In this document: in pieces, positions 37,520 to 47,227 of the stretch
Layout of the letters: each line of letters begins with the position of its first letter
Numbering within the stretch: the first letter of the stretch is position 1
Source: Turneriella sp.
Lineage (GTDB): Bacteria > Spirochaetota > Leptospiria > Turneriellales > Turneriellaceae
Assembly: GCA_965279515.1 (NCBI GenBank)
Contig: CBDIID010000003.1
Coordinates: 736,001-800,000 of the forward strand
Length of the DNA: 64,000 bases
Direction of reading: 5' to 3'
Translations under genes and position numbers: made by a program
Notes under the pieces: model-generated
Told to the model about the DNA's origin: nothing
Seen by the model: the letters and a program-made list of their open reading frames with translations, nothing else
The model's database searches: none

Positions 37520-40101
37520 TAAGCCGCCTTAAACTCGACCCCGTTAAATTTCCGTTTCGCCACGATCTTCTTCCCCTGTTCATACTTGCCCTCAAGCAGG
37601 GTCTGCGCGAGGGGGTTCAGGAGCAGAGTCTCGATCGCCCGCTTCATCGGGCGTGCGCCATAATCTTCGTCGAAGCCCTCTTCGATGATGAGTTTTTTGA
37701 CATCGTCAGAAACCTCGAGTTCGATACCCCGCGCACGGATCTTCTGCACAACCTGGTCGATCTGCAACCCGGCAATCTTTTCCAGGTGCTCCGCATTCAG
37801 GCGGTGGAACTGGATCACCGCATCGAGGCGGTTTAAGAACTCCGGCCTGAAAAAGCCGCGTACGGTATCGAGCACACGCACTTCCTGCTCCTCGGTGTTG
37901 AGGTCGCGGTTCGAGAGATGCTCCGAGCCGAGATTCGAGGTCATGATCAGAATCGTGTTGCGGAAGTTGACGAGCCTGCCCTTGGCGTCGGTCAGCCTAC
38001 CCTCGTCCAGAATCTGCAGGAACAGATTAAAGACATCGGGATGCGCCTTTTCGATCTCATCGAACAGAATCACGCTGTAAGGACGGCGGCGCACTTTCTC
38101 CGTGAGCTGCCCGCCCTCGTCGTAACCGACATAACCTGGCGGCGAACCGATGAGTTTTGCCACCGAATGTTTTTCCATGTATTCGCTCATATCGATGCGC
38201 ACCATCGCCTTGGCGTCGTCGAACAGGTATTCGGCCAGTGCCTTGGCTGTCTCGGTCTTACCGACGCCCGTGGGCCCCAGAAACAGGAAGCTGCCGATGG
38301 GCTTATCTTCGTCGGCGATACCTGCGCGATTGCGCCGTATCGCATGTGCGATCGCCTCGACGGCGTTTTCCTGGCCGACAACGCGCTCATGCAGAACACT
38401 TTCGATGCGTAACAGTTTTGTTTTTTCCGAGGTCAGCATCTTCGAAACCGGAATTCCGGTCCAGCGTGCGACGATCTCGGCGATATCCTCTTCGGTAACT
38501 TCTTCTTTCAGAAGACGCACCTCGGAGTTTTTCTTTTTCATGCCCTCGAGCGCCGCCTCAAGCTTCTTCTGCAGCCCGGGAATCTGGCCATAACGCAGTT
38601 CCGCGACACGGTTCAGGTCGCCCTTACGCTCGGCGGCGGCTTCTTCGGTTTTAACTTTATCAATCTCGGCCTTGATGGAAGAAACCTGGGTCAGATCCTT
38701 TTTCTCACTGTCGAGCTTCAGCTTCATACCCTGAAAATGTTCTTTCAGTTCGCTCAGCTCTTTTCTGACAACGGCTAGCCTTTCGATGCTCGCGGCGTCA
38801 TTTTCACGGTTGAGCGCCGTCTCTTCGATCGTCAGTCCAATAATTTTCCGGTTGAGGTCATCCAGCTCCTGCGGCATCGAGTTGCGCTCGATCTTGAGTT
38901 TCGCGCAGGCCTCGTCGATGAGGTCGATCGCCTTGTCTGGCAAAAACCGGTCGCTGATGTAGCGGTTCGACAGCGTTGCCGCTGAAACGATCGCGGCATC
39001 GGTTATTCGTATGCCGTGGTGCACTTCATAACGCTCGCGCAGGCCGCGCAGAATCGTGATCGCGTCTTCGACCGACGGCTCGTTGACATACACCGTTTGA
39101 AACCGGCGTTCGAGCGCGGCATCTTTTTCTAGGTGCTTCTGGTATTCTTTCAGCGTCGTCGCGCCGATGAGGTGGATCTCCCCCCGCGCCAGCGCCGGCT
39201 TCAGCATGTTGGCGGCGTCGAGTTGTCCCTCGCCCGCGCCCGCACCAACCACGGTATGGATCTCGTCGATGAACAGAATGAGTTTATCCTGGTTGGCACG
39301 CACTTCGTCGAGGACTGCCTTCAGGCGCTCTTCAAATTCGCCGCGGTATTTCGCACCGGCAATTAACGACCCCATATCAAGCGTTACGACAGTTTTATCG
39401 CGCAGGATTTCAGGCACGTCACCGGAGACAATCCGCCCGGCAAGGCCCTCGACAATCGCGGTCTTACCCGTACCGGGCTCGCCGATTAAGAGCGGGTTAT
39501 TTTTATTGCGGCGCGAGAGAATCTGAATCGTACGGCGGATCTCTTCATCGCGGCCGATCACAGGGTCGAGTTTGCCCGCACGCGCGAGCTCGTTCAGGTT
39601 TTTGCCGTATTTTTTCAGTGCGTTAAATTTGGCCTCGGGGTTATCAGAATCAGCCTTCTGGCTGCCACGCAGCTCTTTCAGAATCGGCGCGAGATTGCGG
39701 CGATCGAGCCCCAACGCGGCGAGCTCATTTTTCAGGGCGAAGCTGCCGTTGGTATAGGCGAGCAGCAGGTGTTCGAGCGAGAGATACTGGTCGTCGAGGC
39801 CGTTCATCTCTTTTTCTGCCAGCTGCAAGAACTTGCGCGCGTCGTTCGAAAGATTCTGCCCGGGTTCGAACTCCCCCTGCGCCCTCGGCAGGCGCGCGAG
39901 ATAGTTATCAAACAGCGCCACGGCGTCGGCGGAATTTTTCCCCAGGCGCCCCATAACCTGAGCCGGCAGACCATCCGACTCTTCGAAGAGCGCAGCCATA
40001 AAGTGTTCGGGTGTTAAATCAGCATGGCCCAGTTCGCGGGCCTTGTGCACCGCGGCCTGATAAACGGCGCGGGTTTTAATAGTCATATTTTCAGCGGTCA
40101 T
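37519..40101 (-). CDS. clpB: ATP-dependent chaperone ClpB
   Basis: Clp N-domain, [21 protein letters not shown], long M-domain (AELRYG), [18 protein letters not shown]; no IGF loop. Confidence 0.97.
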   Translation of the reverse strand: MTAENMTIKTRAVYQAAVHKARELGHADLTPEHFMAALFEESDGLPAQVMGRLGKNSADAVALFDNYLARLPRAQGEFEPGQNLSNDARKFLQLAEKEMNGLDDQYLSLEHLLLAYTNGSFALKNELAALGLDRRNLAPILKELRGSQKADSDNPEAKFNALKKYGKNLNELARAGKLDPVIGRDEEIRRTIQILSRRNKNNPLLIGEPGTGKTAIVEGLAGRIVSGDVPEILRDKTVVTLDMGSLIAGAKYRGEFEERLKAVLDEVRANQDKLILFIDEIHTVVGAGAGEGQLDAANMLKPALARGEIHLIGATTLKEYQKHLEKDAALERRFQTVYVNEPSVEDAITILRGLRERYEVHHGIRITDAAIVSAATLSNRYISDRFLPDKAIDLIDEACAKLKIERNSMPQELDDLNRKIIGLTIEETALNRENDAASIERLAVVRKELSELKEHFQGMKLKLDSEKKDLTQVSSIKAEIDKVKTEEAAAERKGDLNRVAELRYGQIPGLQKKLEAALEGMKKKNSEVRLLKEEVTEEDIAEIVARWTGIPVSKMLTSEKTKLLRIESVLHERVVGQENAVEAIAHAIRRNRAGIADEDKPIGSFLFLGPTGVGKTETAKALAEYLFDDAKAMVRIDMSEYMEKHSVAKLIGSPPGYVGYDEGGQLTEKVRRRPYSVILFDEIEKAHPDVFNLFLQILDEGRLTDAKGRLVNFRNTILIMTSNLGSEHLSNRDLNTEEQEVRVLDTVRGFFRPEFLNRLDAVIQFHRLNAEHLEKIAGLQIDQVVQKIRARGIELEVSDDVKKLIIEEGFDEDYGARPMKRAIETLLLNPLAQTLLEGKYEQGKKIVAKRKFNGVEFKAA

Positions 40102-40119
40102 AGTTTTCCTTTTAGAGTG

Positions 40120-40146
40120 ATAGCACTCTTGCGTTAACAGTGCTAA
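40120..40146. promoter_or_regulatory. CIRCE element (HrcA operator) upstream of clpB
   Basis: ATAGCACTC-N9-CAGTGCTAA against the consensus TTAGCACTC-N9-GAGTGCTAA (2 mismatches), 18 nt upstream of the clpB ATG. Confidence 0.88.
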
Positions 40147-40189
40147 TATACTATACGCGGTTTAGCCCGGCTTTTTTTTAAATCAGGGT

Positions 40190-40999
40190 TTAGAGGTTTT
40201 CTTTCAGCCAGGCTGAGTCTATGCGCTTGGGAAAATACAGCCCGTCGCTGCCTAAATGCGGGCTGTACTGGCCACGTACCTTGAGCTCAAGGCAATGCAC
40301 ACCCTTCCAGGCTTCCATGTTACGGTAGAGCTGCTGAATCTGAAAGCGCAATGTCTGGTAGCTGACACCGGCGCCAAAGGTAGAATCAAAATTGACAAAG
40401 GCGCAGCGGCCTTCGACCCCTGCCCCGAGAATCCGCGGCTTACGGATGAACGAGTCGATATAATCCTTATCCTGCTCTCTCATGGTCGGCCCTTTAATGA
40501 GCTGCGAAACCATAGTCTTGAGGTCGGTTTTCTCTCCGAGATCACGCTTTACCTGCGACAGAACCGGATTTCCTTTGGCGTTGAGTTTATAAAACAAAAA
40601 GACGGCCGGGTTCGATTCCTCTTCGGGCGCGGCAGATGCGGCAAGGGGCTCTTCTTTTTCAGCCACCAGCGCGGGCTCTTCTTCCTGTAGCTCCTGGCGT
40701 TTTAAGCCTTTAGGCTCGGGCTCGAGGGGAATATTGCGTGAAACCGACTGCCCTTCGCCGCCCTTGACGCCTTCCGACGACAGCTTCTTCGTCAGCCAGT
40801 CGCGGACGGTCTTTTTCCAGCCTGCTTCCTGCCCCAGGGCGCGTCCCTGGATTTTATTAGCCTTGGGCCCCTGTTCCGACTCGGTCAGGCGATCGATCGC
40901 GAAAAAACCCCAGCCGATGATACCCAGGACGAAGAGAATGGTAACGAGATTTTGCCCGTTAGAGCTGGATTTTTTTGAGCCGCGCGCACTCCGGTTCAC
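40190..40999 (-). CDS. GerMN domain membrane protein
   Basis: N-terminal TM and acidic linker; LIKGPT..E, AFVNFDSTF, QIQQL. Confidence 0.78.
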   Translation of the reverse strand: MNRSARGSKKSSSNGQNLVTILFVLGIIGWGFFAIDRLTESEQGPKANKIQGRALGQEAGWKKTVRDWLTKKLSSEGVKGGEGQSVSRNIPLEPEPKGLKRQELQEEEPALVAEKEEPLAASAAPEEESNPAVFLFYKLNAKGNPVLSQVKRDLGEKTDLKTMVSQLIKGPTMREQDKDYIDSFIRKPRILGAGVEGRCAFVNFDSTFGAGVSYQTLRFQIQQLYRNMEAWKGVHCLELKVRGQYSPHLGSDGLYFPKRIDSAWLKENL

Positions 41000-41053
41000 A
41001 TATGAATATCGACATCTTCACTACCCAGACTTGAAAACCGGGGCCCGTGGCGG

Positions 41054-41488
41054 CTATTCAGCTTTTTGCACGCGGTAAATCAGGTCCTTGACCCTCAGCC
41101 GGTAAGTGCCTTCAAAACCGCTCTCACCCTGGCGCTCAAAGACCACCCTCGTCCGGCTCTCCGCGAGCGATTTATAGAAAGCCCGCCACTTTTGGCGGGC
41201 GGCTTCGGCAACCTGTCCGCCTTTAATAAACTGCTGAAACTCGGGGTGGGTGCGGCGCTGGTAGGCTTCGCGGTCATAACGTTCTTTATACGCCACAAGA
41301 TCATCCAGCAGCCTGGCATCGCATGCCTGAAAACGGTTTTCATCGTCAGCGAGGGCACAGCGCACCTGGAAGGTATCGGTATCGAGAAACCCCGTCGCGG
41401 TATAGTTGCGCTCGACATCCTTAAGGACGGTGTCGCGCGAGGGCGAGCAAAACGTGGAAAGAAGGAGGACAAAGGATATTAAACGCAG
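41054..41488 (-). CDS. Hypothetical lipoprotein, probable CTG start
   Basis: The frame extends upstream of GTG 41365 through a complete signal peptide (M)RLISFVLLLSTFC; GAGG lies 6 nt before the in-frame CTG at 41488. Confidence 0.6.
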   Translation of the reverse strand: MRLISFVLLLSTFCSPSRDTVLKDVERNYTATGFLDTDTFQVRCALADDENRFQACDARLLDDLVAYKERYDREAYQRRTHPEFQQFIKGGQVAEAARQKWRAFYKSLAESRTRVVFERQGESGFEGTYRLRVKDLIYRVQKAE

Positions 41489-41522
41489 AGTAAACCTCTG
41501 ATACCAGCACGCATTTTCTTGA

Positions 41523-41551
41523 CTTTGCGAAACTCTGCGGCCTTTGCGTTT
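41523..41551 (-). repeat. CGCARAG triplet dispersed repeat, copy A
   Basis: Minus strand AAACGCAAAG-GC-CGCAGAG-TTT-CGCAAAG just after the rho stop; same spacing as the copies at 48350-48428. Confidence 0.7.
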
Positions 41552-41558
41552 TCCCCTA

Positions 41559-43055
41559 CTAGCCCGTTTTCATCGAATCGAGGAAAGCCTTGTTGTTCTT
41601 CGTACCGCGCATCTTCTCGAGCAGAAGTTCCATGCTTTCGACCGTCGTCAGCGGCGCAAAAACCTTGCGCAAAATCCAGATACGGTTGATGTCTTCTTTT
41701 TCGAGCAAGAGCTCTTCGCGGCGTGTGCCAGAACGGTTCATGTCGATCGCCGGGAAGGTACGCTTCTCGACGAGCTTGCGGTCAAGGTGGAGCTCCATGT
41801 TACCGGTACCCTTGAACTCTTCAAAGATGACCTCGTCCATTTTACTGCCGGTATCAATCAGCGCCGTGGCGATGATCGTGAGGCTACCGCCCTCTTCGAT
41901 ATTACGCGCGGCGCCGAAAAAACGTTTCGGTTTATGGAGCGCATTGGAATCCACGCCGCCCGACAACACCTTACCCGACGAGGGAATGACCTGGTTGTAA
42001 GCGCGCGCGAGACGCGTAATGGAGTCGAGCAGGATAACCACGTCGCGCTTGTGTTCGACGAGGCGCTTCGCCTTCTCGATCACCATCTCGGCGACCTGAA
42101 CGTGGCGGTTCGCAGGTTCATCAAACGTCGAAGCCACGACTTCGCCGCGCACGCTGCGCGCCATGTCTGTCACCTCTTCGGGACGCTCGTCGATCAGCAG
42201 CACCATGAGCGTCACTTCAGGATGGTTTACAGTAATTGCATTGGCGATATCCTGCATCAGCATCGTTTTACCGGTGCGCGGCGGAGCGACAATGAGGCCA
42301 CGCTGGCCCTTGCCGATCGGCGATACGAGGTCGACAACGCGCATTGAAAGTTTTTCCGCAGTGGTCTCAAGCTTGATATGCTCCTCGGGATAGAGCGGCG
42401 TCAGGTTATCAAAGTGAACGCGGCGCATTGCCTCGCCGGAAGGGACACCGTTGATGGTGTCGACCTTCATGATCGCGAAGAAGCGCTCGTTGTCGCGCGG
42501 CATACGGATCTGCCCGTAGACGGTGTCGCCCTTTCTCAGCGCGAACATGCGGATCTGCGCCGGTGAGACATAGATATCGTCGGGGCCTGCGAGGTAGTTA
42601 TAACCCGCTGATCTTAAAAAGCCGTAACCGTCAGGCATAACCTCGAGAACACCCTCGGCATAGACCTGGCCTGAATTATCCGATTGTTTTTGCAGGATCG
42701 AAAAAATCAGGGCTGGTTTCTTGAGATCCGCCGGATTCTCTACACCTAAGGATAACGCCATTTCAACGAGTTCATTCATCGATTTGTTTTTGAACTCGCT
42801 GATCTCCATTTTTTTGCCCGTGCCGTTCATCGGCGGTGGCGGATTGTAGGCAGCCTTTTGCGGTGGGGCGGCAGGCGTGGACGCAGGCTCTGCGGATGAC
42901 TCTTCCTTGAAGTTACCTTCTTCGTCTTTGCGCGTTTTCAGCTTTACTTTAACTCTTTCATTGCTTTCTGCAGCTGATTCCTGTTGACCGTCGGCATCGG
43001 TGCTGGCGGTTGCTGCTTCCATTGTTTCTTCTTCAGGCGTTTTTTTACGGGCCAT
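41559..43055 (-). CDS. rho: Transcription termination factor Rho with N-terminal extension
   Basis: [49 protein letters not shown]. Confidence 0.98.
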   Translation of the reverse strand: MARKKTPEEETMEAATASTDADGQQESAAESNERVKVKLKTRKDEEGNFKEESSAEPASTPAAPPQKAAYNPPPPMNGTGKKMEISEFKNKSMNELVEMALSLGVENPADLKKPALIFSILQKQSDNSGQVYAEGVLEVMPDGYGFLRSAGYNYLAGPDDIYVSPAQIRMFALRKGDTVYGQIRMPRDNERFFAIMKVDTINGVPSGEAMRRVHFDNLTPLYPEEHIKLETTAEKLSMRVVDLVSPIGKGQRGLIVAPPRTGKTMLMQDIANAITVNHPEVTLMVLLIDERPEEVTDMARSVRGEVVASTFDEPANRHVQVAEMVIEKAKRLVEHKRDVVILLDSITRLARAYNQVIPSSGKVLSGGVDSNALHKPKRFFGAARNIEEGGSLTIIATALIDTGSKMDEVIFEEFKGTGNMELHLDRKLVEKRTFPAIDMNRSGTRREELLLEKEDINRIWILRKVFAPLTTVESMELLLEKMRGTKNNKAFLDSMKTG

Positions 43056-43206
43056 TTTATCCTCTTTTGGTTGTGAATGCCGGTATCCGGCAGGTATTAA
43101 ATTTGCGGGTTTAGTTCAGGGGAGTGAGTTTCACTCCCGGTTCTACGATGTTTCTGTTGGAAATTTTACAATCGCCGCTGAAGTCCAGCGGCGCGTTTCA
43201 GAACCT
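43056..43206 (-). promoter_or_regulatory. Structured 5' leader of rho
   Basis: Three GC hairpins separated by C/A-rich, G-poor single-stranded tracts on the sense strand; SD AGAGG. Confidence 0.5.
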
Positions 43207-44541
43207 TTATTCTCCTTTGCTCTTTTTAGGCGGAATTTTGAATACTTGTCCCGGGTAAATCAGGTCGGGATTCTTGATTTTTGCTTTGTTCGCGCGGTAG
43301 ATTTTCGGCCACAGGCGTGCATTATTATAAATCTTTTTGTAACCAGCGATCTTCCAGAGGCAATCACGGTTTTCAGGGATCAGGCGAACTTTATAGGTTT
43401 TCCAGCCGGCCTGATCTTCTTCTTCACCGTCTTTGCCGAGTTTAGCTTCGCCGTCTTTCACGGGCTTCTTATTCTCGATACCGGCACGGTCTTTCGCCTG
43501 CGCCAGCAGAACTTCGGTTTCGGGCAGAGAATCGCTGAGGATTTTCGCCAGACGGCTTGCTTCATCAGATTGCGTGGCAACTTCGCCGTAAGCCTGATTT
43601 TTATCCGCTTCACGGGCTGCTTTCAGGGCTTCTTTCGCCGCTGTCAGGTTATCGTCCGCTGTTTTCAGGGATTGCTGCGCTTCTTCTGAAGCTTCGAGCG
43701 CCTTTTGTGTGTCTGCATCGCTCGCACGACCTTTGAGGTCATTGAGTTTTGCTTCGGCAGCCGCCACATCTTTTTCGGCTTTAGCCAGTTTCGTTTTTGC
43801 AGATTGTTTCTGCGCGACACCCAAAGCTTCTTTAGAAGATGCTTTGGCAGCCTGCAGATTGGTATATGCTGATTTGAGTTTCTTGTTCGCGAGGTCGCCG
43901 CGGGCATTGCCGGCATCGGTCTTGGCTTTTTTCAGGGTATCGGGAGCATTTTGATCTGCGCCTGCACGCTCTGCTGCGGCGATGGTTTCATCGACTTCGT
44001 TAAGCTCGCGCTTCATCACTTCAACCTGGGCTTCTGAAGTTGTCAGGGCACGCTTGGCTTTTTCACGTGATTCTTCGAACAGGTGGTATGAGCTCAGGTA
44101 ATCTTTGGATTCGTAGTACTTATCGCCCTGAACGAGGCTGGCTTTAGATGCTGCAAGTTCATCGGTTGCAAATTGTTCTGCATTTGACTCTTCTGCAGCG
44201 CGGATAGCGAGTTCAGCCTCGCCGCGGGTGTCTTGCGCCAGTTTAGGCGCTGATTCGTCGTATGCGGCATCAGCCTGCTTTTTCGCTTCGATCGCCTTTT
44301 CTTTGGCGTCGCTCATTTTACCTTTTTCTACGAATTCATGAGCAGAAAGGAGTGTTTTCTGCGCATCTTCGAAATTCTTGGGAGAATACTTTGCGCTTTT
44401 CACTGTCTCGGCACGGGCAATCGCCACTTTTGCGATACCCATCTCTTCCATCGGAATCGGATCACCGCAACCGACTGCAATGACCGTGACCGCTGCCATA
44501 AGTGCTAAGAGCGTTTTTTTTGTTTTTATCAGACTGGACAT
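43207..44541 (-). CDS. lruA: LipL71/LruA-like lipoprotein with C-terminal LysM domain
   Basis: Lipobox AVGC, repeated Ala-rich helices, LysM RDCLWKIAG...LWPKIYRANK...NPDLIYPGQ; adjacent to a STAS gene as in Leptospira. Confidence 0.8.
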   Translation of the reverse strand: MSSLIKTKKTLLALMAAVTVIAVGCGDPIPMEEMGIAKVAIARAETVKSAKYSPKNFEDAQKTLLSAHEFVEKGKMSDAKEKAIEAKKQADAAYDESAPKLAQDTRGEAELAIRAAEESNAEQFATDELAASKASLVQGDKYYESKDYLSSYHLFEESREKAKRALTTSEAQVEVMKRELNEVDETIAAAERAGADQNAPDTLKKAKTDAGNARGDLANKKLKSAYTNLQAAKASSKEALGVAQKQSAKTKLAKAEKDVAAAEAKLNDLKGRASDADTQKALEASEEAQQSLKTADDNLTAAKEALKAAREADKNQAYGEVATQSDEASRLAKILSDSLPETEVLLAQAKDRAGIENKKPVKDGEAKLGKDGEEEDQAGWKTYKVRLIPENRDCLWKIAGYKKIYNNARLWPKIYRANKAKIKNPDLIYPGQVFKIPPKKSKGE

Positions 44542-44566
44542 ATTCTCTCCGTATATTTAAAGATGA

Positions 44567-44902
44567 TTACTTAAACTTGGCGAGTGCTTCGCCTTCAGAT
44601 TCATAGATTTCGAAAAAGCTTGTGAGCTTGGTGAGTTCGAAAACTTTTTTAACCGACGCATAGACGTTGATGATCTTGAGGCCACCCTGATACTTTTTCA
44701 GGTTCGAGAGGCTTGAAATCAGGGCACCGATACCGGAGGAGTCGATATAAGAAACTTTTTCCAGGTTGATGATGACATTGTATTTTTGCGCCTCAATCAG
44801 TTTCTGAATGATATCTTTAATTTCGGGCGCATTGTAGAGGTCAATCTCCCCCTGAATGTCCAAAATCGTAATACCGTCTTTTTCTCTCTGGCTGATTTCC
44901 AT
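44567..44902 (-). CDS. STAS domain anti-sigma factor antagonist
   Basis: GEIDLYNAP, VSYIDSSGIGAL, VFELTKL. Confidence 0.95.
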   Translation of the reverse strand: MEISQREKDGITILDIQGEIDLYNAPEIKDIIQKLIEAQKYNVIINLEKVSYIDSSGIGALISSLSNLKKYQGGLKIINVYASVKKVFELTKLTSFFEIYESEGEALAKFK

Positions 44903-45008
44903 TTTATTCGCTCCGGCTGGTTTGGTTAACCTTAGTCTATCGAAAACGCATCCTTAAGGCTTTCTTTATCGTCAATCAAAAAACAGGTTTTTTCTGGGCT
45001 TAATCGCA

Positions 45009-46397
45009 TTATGATTTTGTCAGCTCGCTGATGGCGCGCTGCAACTGAACGTCAAACTCCAGATCGATAACTGGTCGCGTTTCCGCTTTCGTCAGCTCAT
45101 CTTTGAGAGCCCGCTTCGCCGCAAAATCGGAAAGGGTCAGCCCTTTCGAAGACAGCAGCTTCTGAAACTTCTTCACCGCTTCGGGGTTATAAACCTTGTT
45201 CTCTTTCGTGAACTCTTGCACGATTTTCTTTTCCCGAATCTCTTTATAGTGGCGTCGGTCGTCTTTGTTAAAGTCGAGCGCCGGCACATTGATATCGGGC
45301 TCTATCCCCTTTTTGTGGATCGAAACCCCGGACGGAGTATAATACTTCTGGATGGTCAGCGCCATCGATGTGCCGTACATCATGCTGATCACGTTCTGTA
45401 CCGAACCTTTACCGAAAGTCTTCACCCCGATAAACTTACCGCGTTTATGGTCTTTGATCGCCCCGGTCACAATTTCACTCGCAGAAGCCGACCCCTCATT
45501 CGCGAGTACGATGAGTGGAATATCCGCAGCAATCGCCGCAGATGGTTCGGCATTGAAGACTTTATCGAGTTCTTTTTTCCGGCCGCGCGTCGATACAATG
45601 ACACCCGACTTGATAAAGAAGTTACTGATACGGTGCGCGGCGTCGAGCAGCCCGCCCGGGTTCCAGCGCAGGTCAAGAATCAGGCCTTTGGCTTTTTTCT
45701 TTTTAAACTCTGTAATTGCCTTCGCGAGATCTTCGGTCGCGGTCTGGTTAAACTGTTTCAGGCGCACATAACCCAGCTTTTCTTTCTCGAGAAACTGCGA
45801 CGTGACGACCTGTATTTTGATGACTTCACGAACGAGGTCAAAGTAGAGGATTTCATCCTCGCCTTCGCGCACGACGCTGATATTGACGGAGGTTCCGGGT
45901 TTACCGCGCAGTTGTTTTACGGCTTCGGAGAGCGACAGGTCGCGTGTGGATTTCTTATCGATTTCGATGATTTTGTCGCCAGGCTTGATACCCGCGCGCA
46001 TCGCCGGCGTGTCTTCAATCGGCGAAACGACAGTCAGCACATTATCGCGCTGTGAAATTTCGATACCCAGGCCGCCAAAGTTACCGCGCATCTCTGTCTG
46101 CAGTTCATTCGTCTCTTCTTGCGTCATGAAACGCGTGTGTGCATCGTCGAGTGCGCCGAGCATGCCGCGTATTGCACCGAATAATAATGCCTGGCGCGAC
46201 ACTTCGTCGACATAGTCGTTGCGCACATGGAACAGCGCGGCGTTGAAGAGTTCGGTTAAGCCCTCTTCGGAAATTTCTTTTTTGGAATTCGCTTCCATCT
46301 GGCCGGCGGTCGCGGCGGTGAAGACAGCGAGGCAGATGATAAGGCCGAGAAATTTTTTGCGGCGGTCACCTTTCGCCGATGGAATCGTGTTGCTCAT
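45009..46397 (-). CDS. ctpA: S41 family carboxy-terminal processing protease
   Basis: LDDAHT, PDZ FGGLGIEI, DLRWNPGG, SASASEI, TFGKGSVQ; ATG 46397 preferred over TTG 46439. Confidence 0.95.
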   Translation of the reverse strand: MSNTIPSAKGDRRKKFLGLIICLAVFTAATAGQMEANSKKEISEEGLTELFNAALFHVRNDYVDEVSRQALLFGAIRGMLGALDDAHTRFMTQEETNELQTEMRGNFGGLGIEISQRDNVLTVVSPIEDTPAMRAGIKPGDKIIEIDKKSTRDLSLSEAVKQLRGKPGTSVNISVVREGEDEILYFDLVREVIKIQVVTSQFLEKEKLGYVRLKQFNQTATEDLAKAITEFKKKKAKGLILDLRWNPGGLLDAAHRISNFFIKSGVIVSTRGRKKELDKVFNAEPSAAIAADIPLIVLANEGSASASEIVTGAIKDHKRGKFIGVKTFGKGSVQNVISMMYGTSMALTIQKYYTPSGVSIHKKGIEPDINVPALDFNKDDRRHYKEIREKKIVQEFTKENKVYNPEAVKKFQKLLSSKGLTLSDFAAKRALKDELTKAETRPVIDLEFDVQLQRAISELTKS

Positions 46398-46534
46398 GGA
46401 GGGTCTCGGTTGGCATCGGTAGTTAGGATTGTCGGTCAATCACTTTTGACTTAAGGCAGCGCGATGAAAAGGCGGGTGATATTCATTGACAGCCTGTTTC
46501 GGAAGCCGAATTTTCCGGCCAAATACGGCAAAAA

Positions 46535-47227
46535 ATGCGAAAAATCACCCTGCTCCACTACACTTTCATTGGCTCAGCACTGCTTTTAAGCCCGGTATCC
46601 GCCGACAGCTTCACGCATCCATCCGACGTTGCCCGTCAGATGCAGTCGAAATTCAAGTCGCTGAAGAGCTACCAGGCGGATTTCTCCCTCAGCATCAAAG
46701 ATCTCAACAAAACAAAAGTCAGTTCTGGCGTCGCCACCTACGGTGAGGGCGGCAAACTGAATTTCACTTTCAGCCAACCCGCAGGAGACATGATTGTCTC
46801 GAATGGCCAGATGCTCTTTGTGTATGTATCGCGGCTGAAAGCCGTAGGCAAACAACCGCTGAAAAGCAAAGACAAAGACGGCAAGTCGCTCTATGCTGCC
46901 GGCACCGCCGAGGGGTTATCCAACCTCTTCCGCCGCTACCACTACCGCTTCGATAAACCCGAACAACCGCGTGAAGTCGAGGGCGGCAAGTTCTTCATTC
47001 TTGACCTCAAGGAAAAAGAGATTACCGGCGGTTACGACAAGATTACTCTCTATGTGCAATCTGAAACTTATCTCATCGAAAAAATGCGTGCTTCGAGCCC
47101 TTCGGGTCGCACGGTCGAGCTGACGTTTTCGAACATCAAGCTCAACCCGCCGGTCGACGCCAAACTGTTCCAGTTCAAGGAACCCGAGAACGTGAAAATA
47201 GTGGATAACCCACTGACGACGGAGTGA
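46535..47227 (+). CDS. lolA: Outer-membrane lipoprotein carrier LolA family
   Basis: Signal peptide, YQADF, SQPAGDMIVSNG, FSNIKLN...LFQFKEP; precedes a rodZ-like gene. Confidence 0.82.
   Translation: MRKITLLHYTFIGSALLLSPVSADSFTHPSDVARQMQSKFKSLKSYQADFSLSIKDLNKTKVSSGVATYGEGGKLNFTFSQPAGDMIVSNGQMLFVYVSRLKAVGKQPLKSKDKDGKSLYAAGTAEGLSNLFRRYHYRFDKPEQPREVEGGKFFILDLKEKEITGGYDKITLYVQSETYLIEKMRASSPSGRTVELTFSNIKLNPPVDAKLFQFKEPENVKIVDNPLTTE

Noticed and set aside
37504..37525. GGTTCGAACCC as part of a tRNA gene
   Set aside because: No D-arm, anticodon arm or acceptor stem/CCA can be built, and it overlaps the clpB stop. Kept only as part of the structured element.
43000..43689. 229-aa plus-strand ORF spanning the rho leader
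   Set aside because: It is antisense to lruA and rho, with shadow-like composition.
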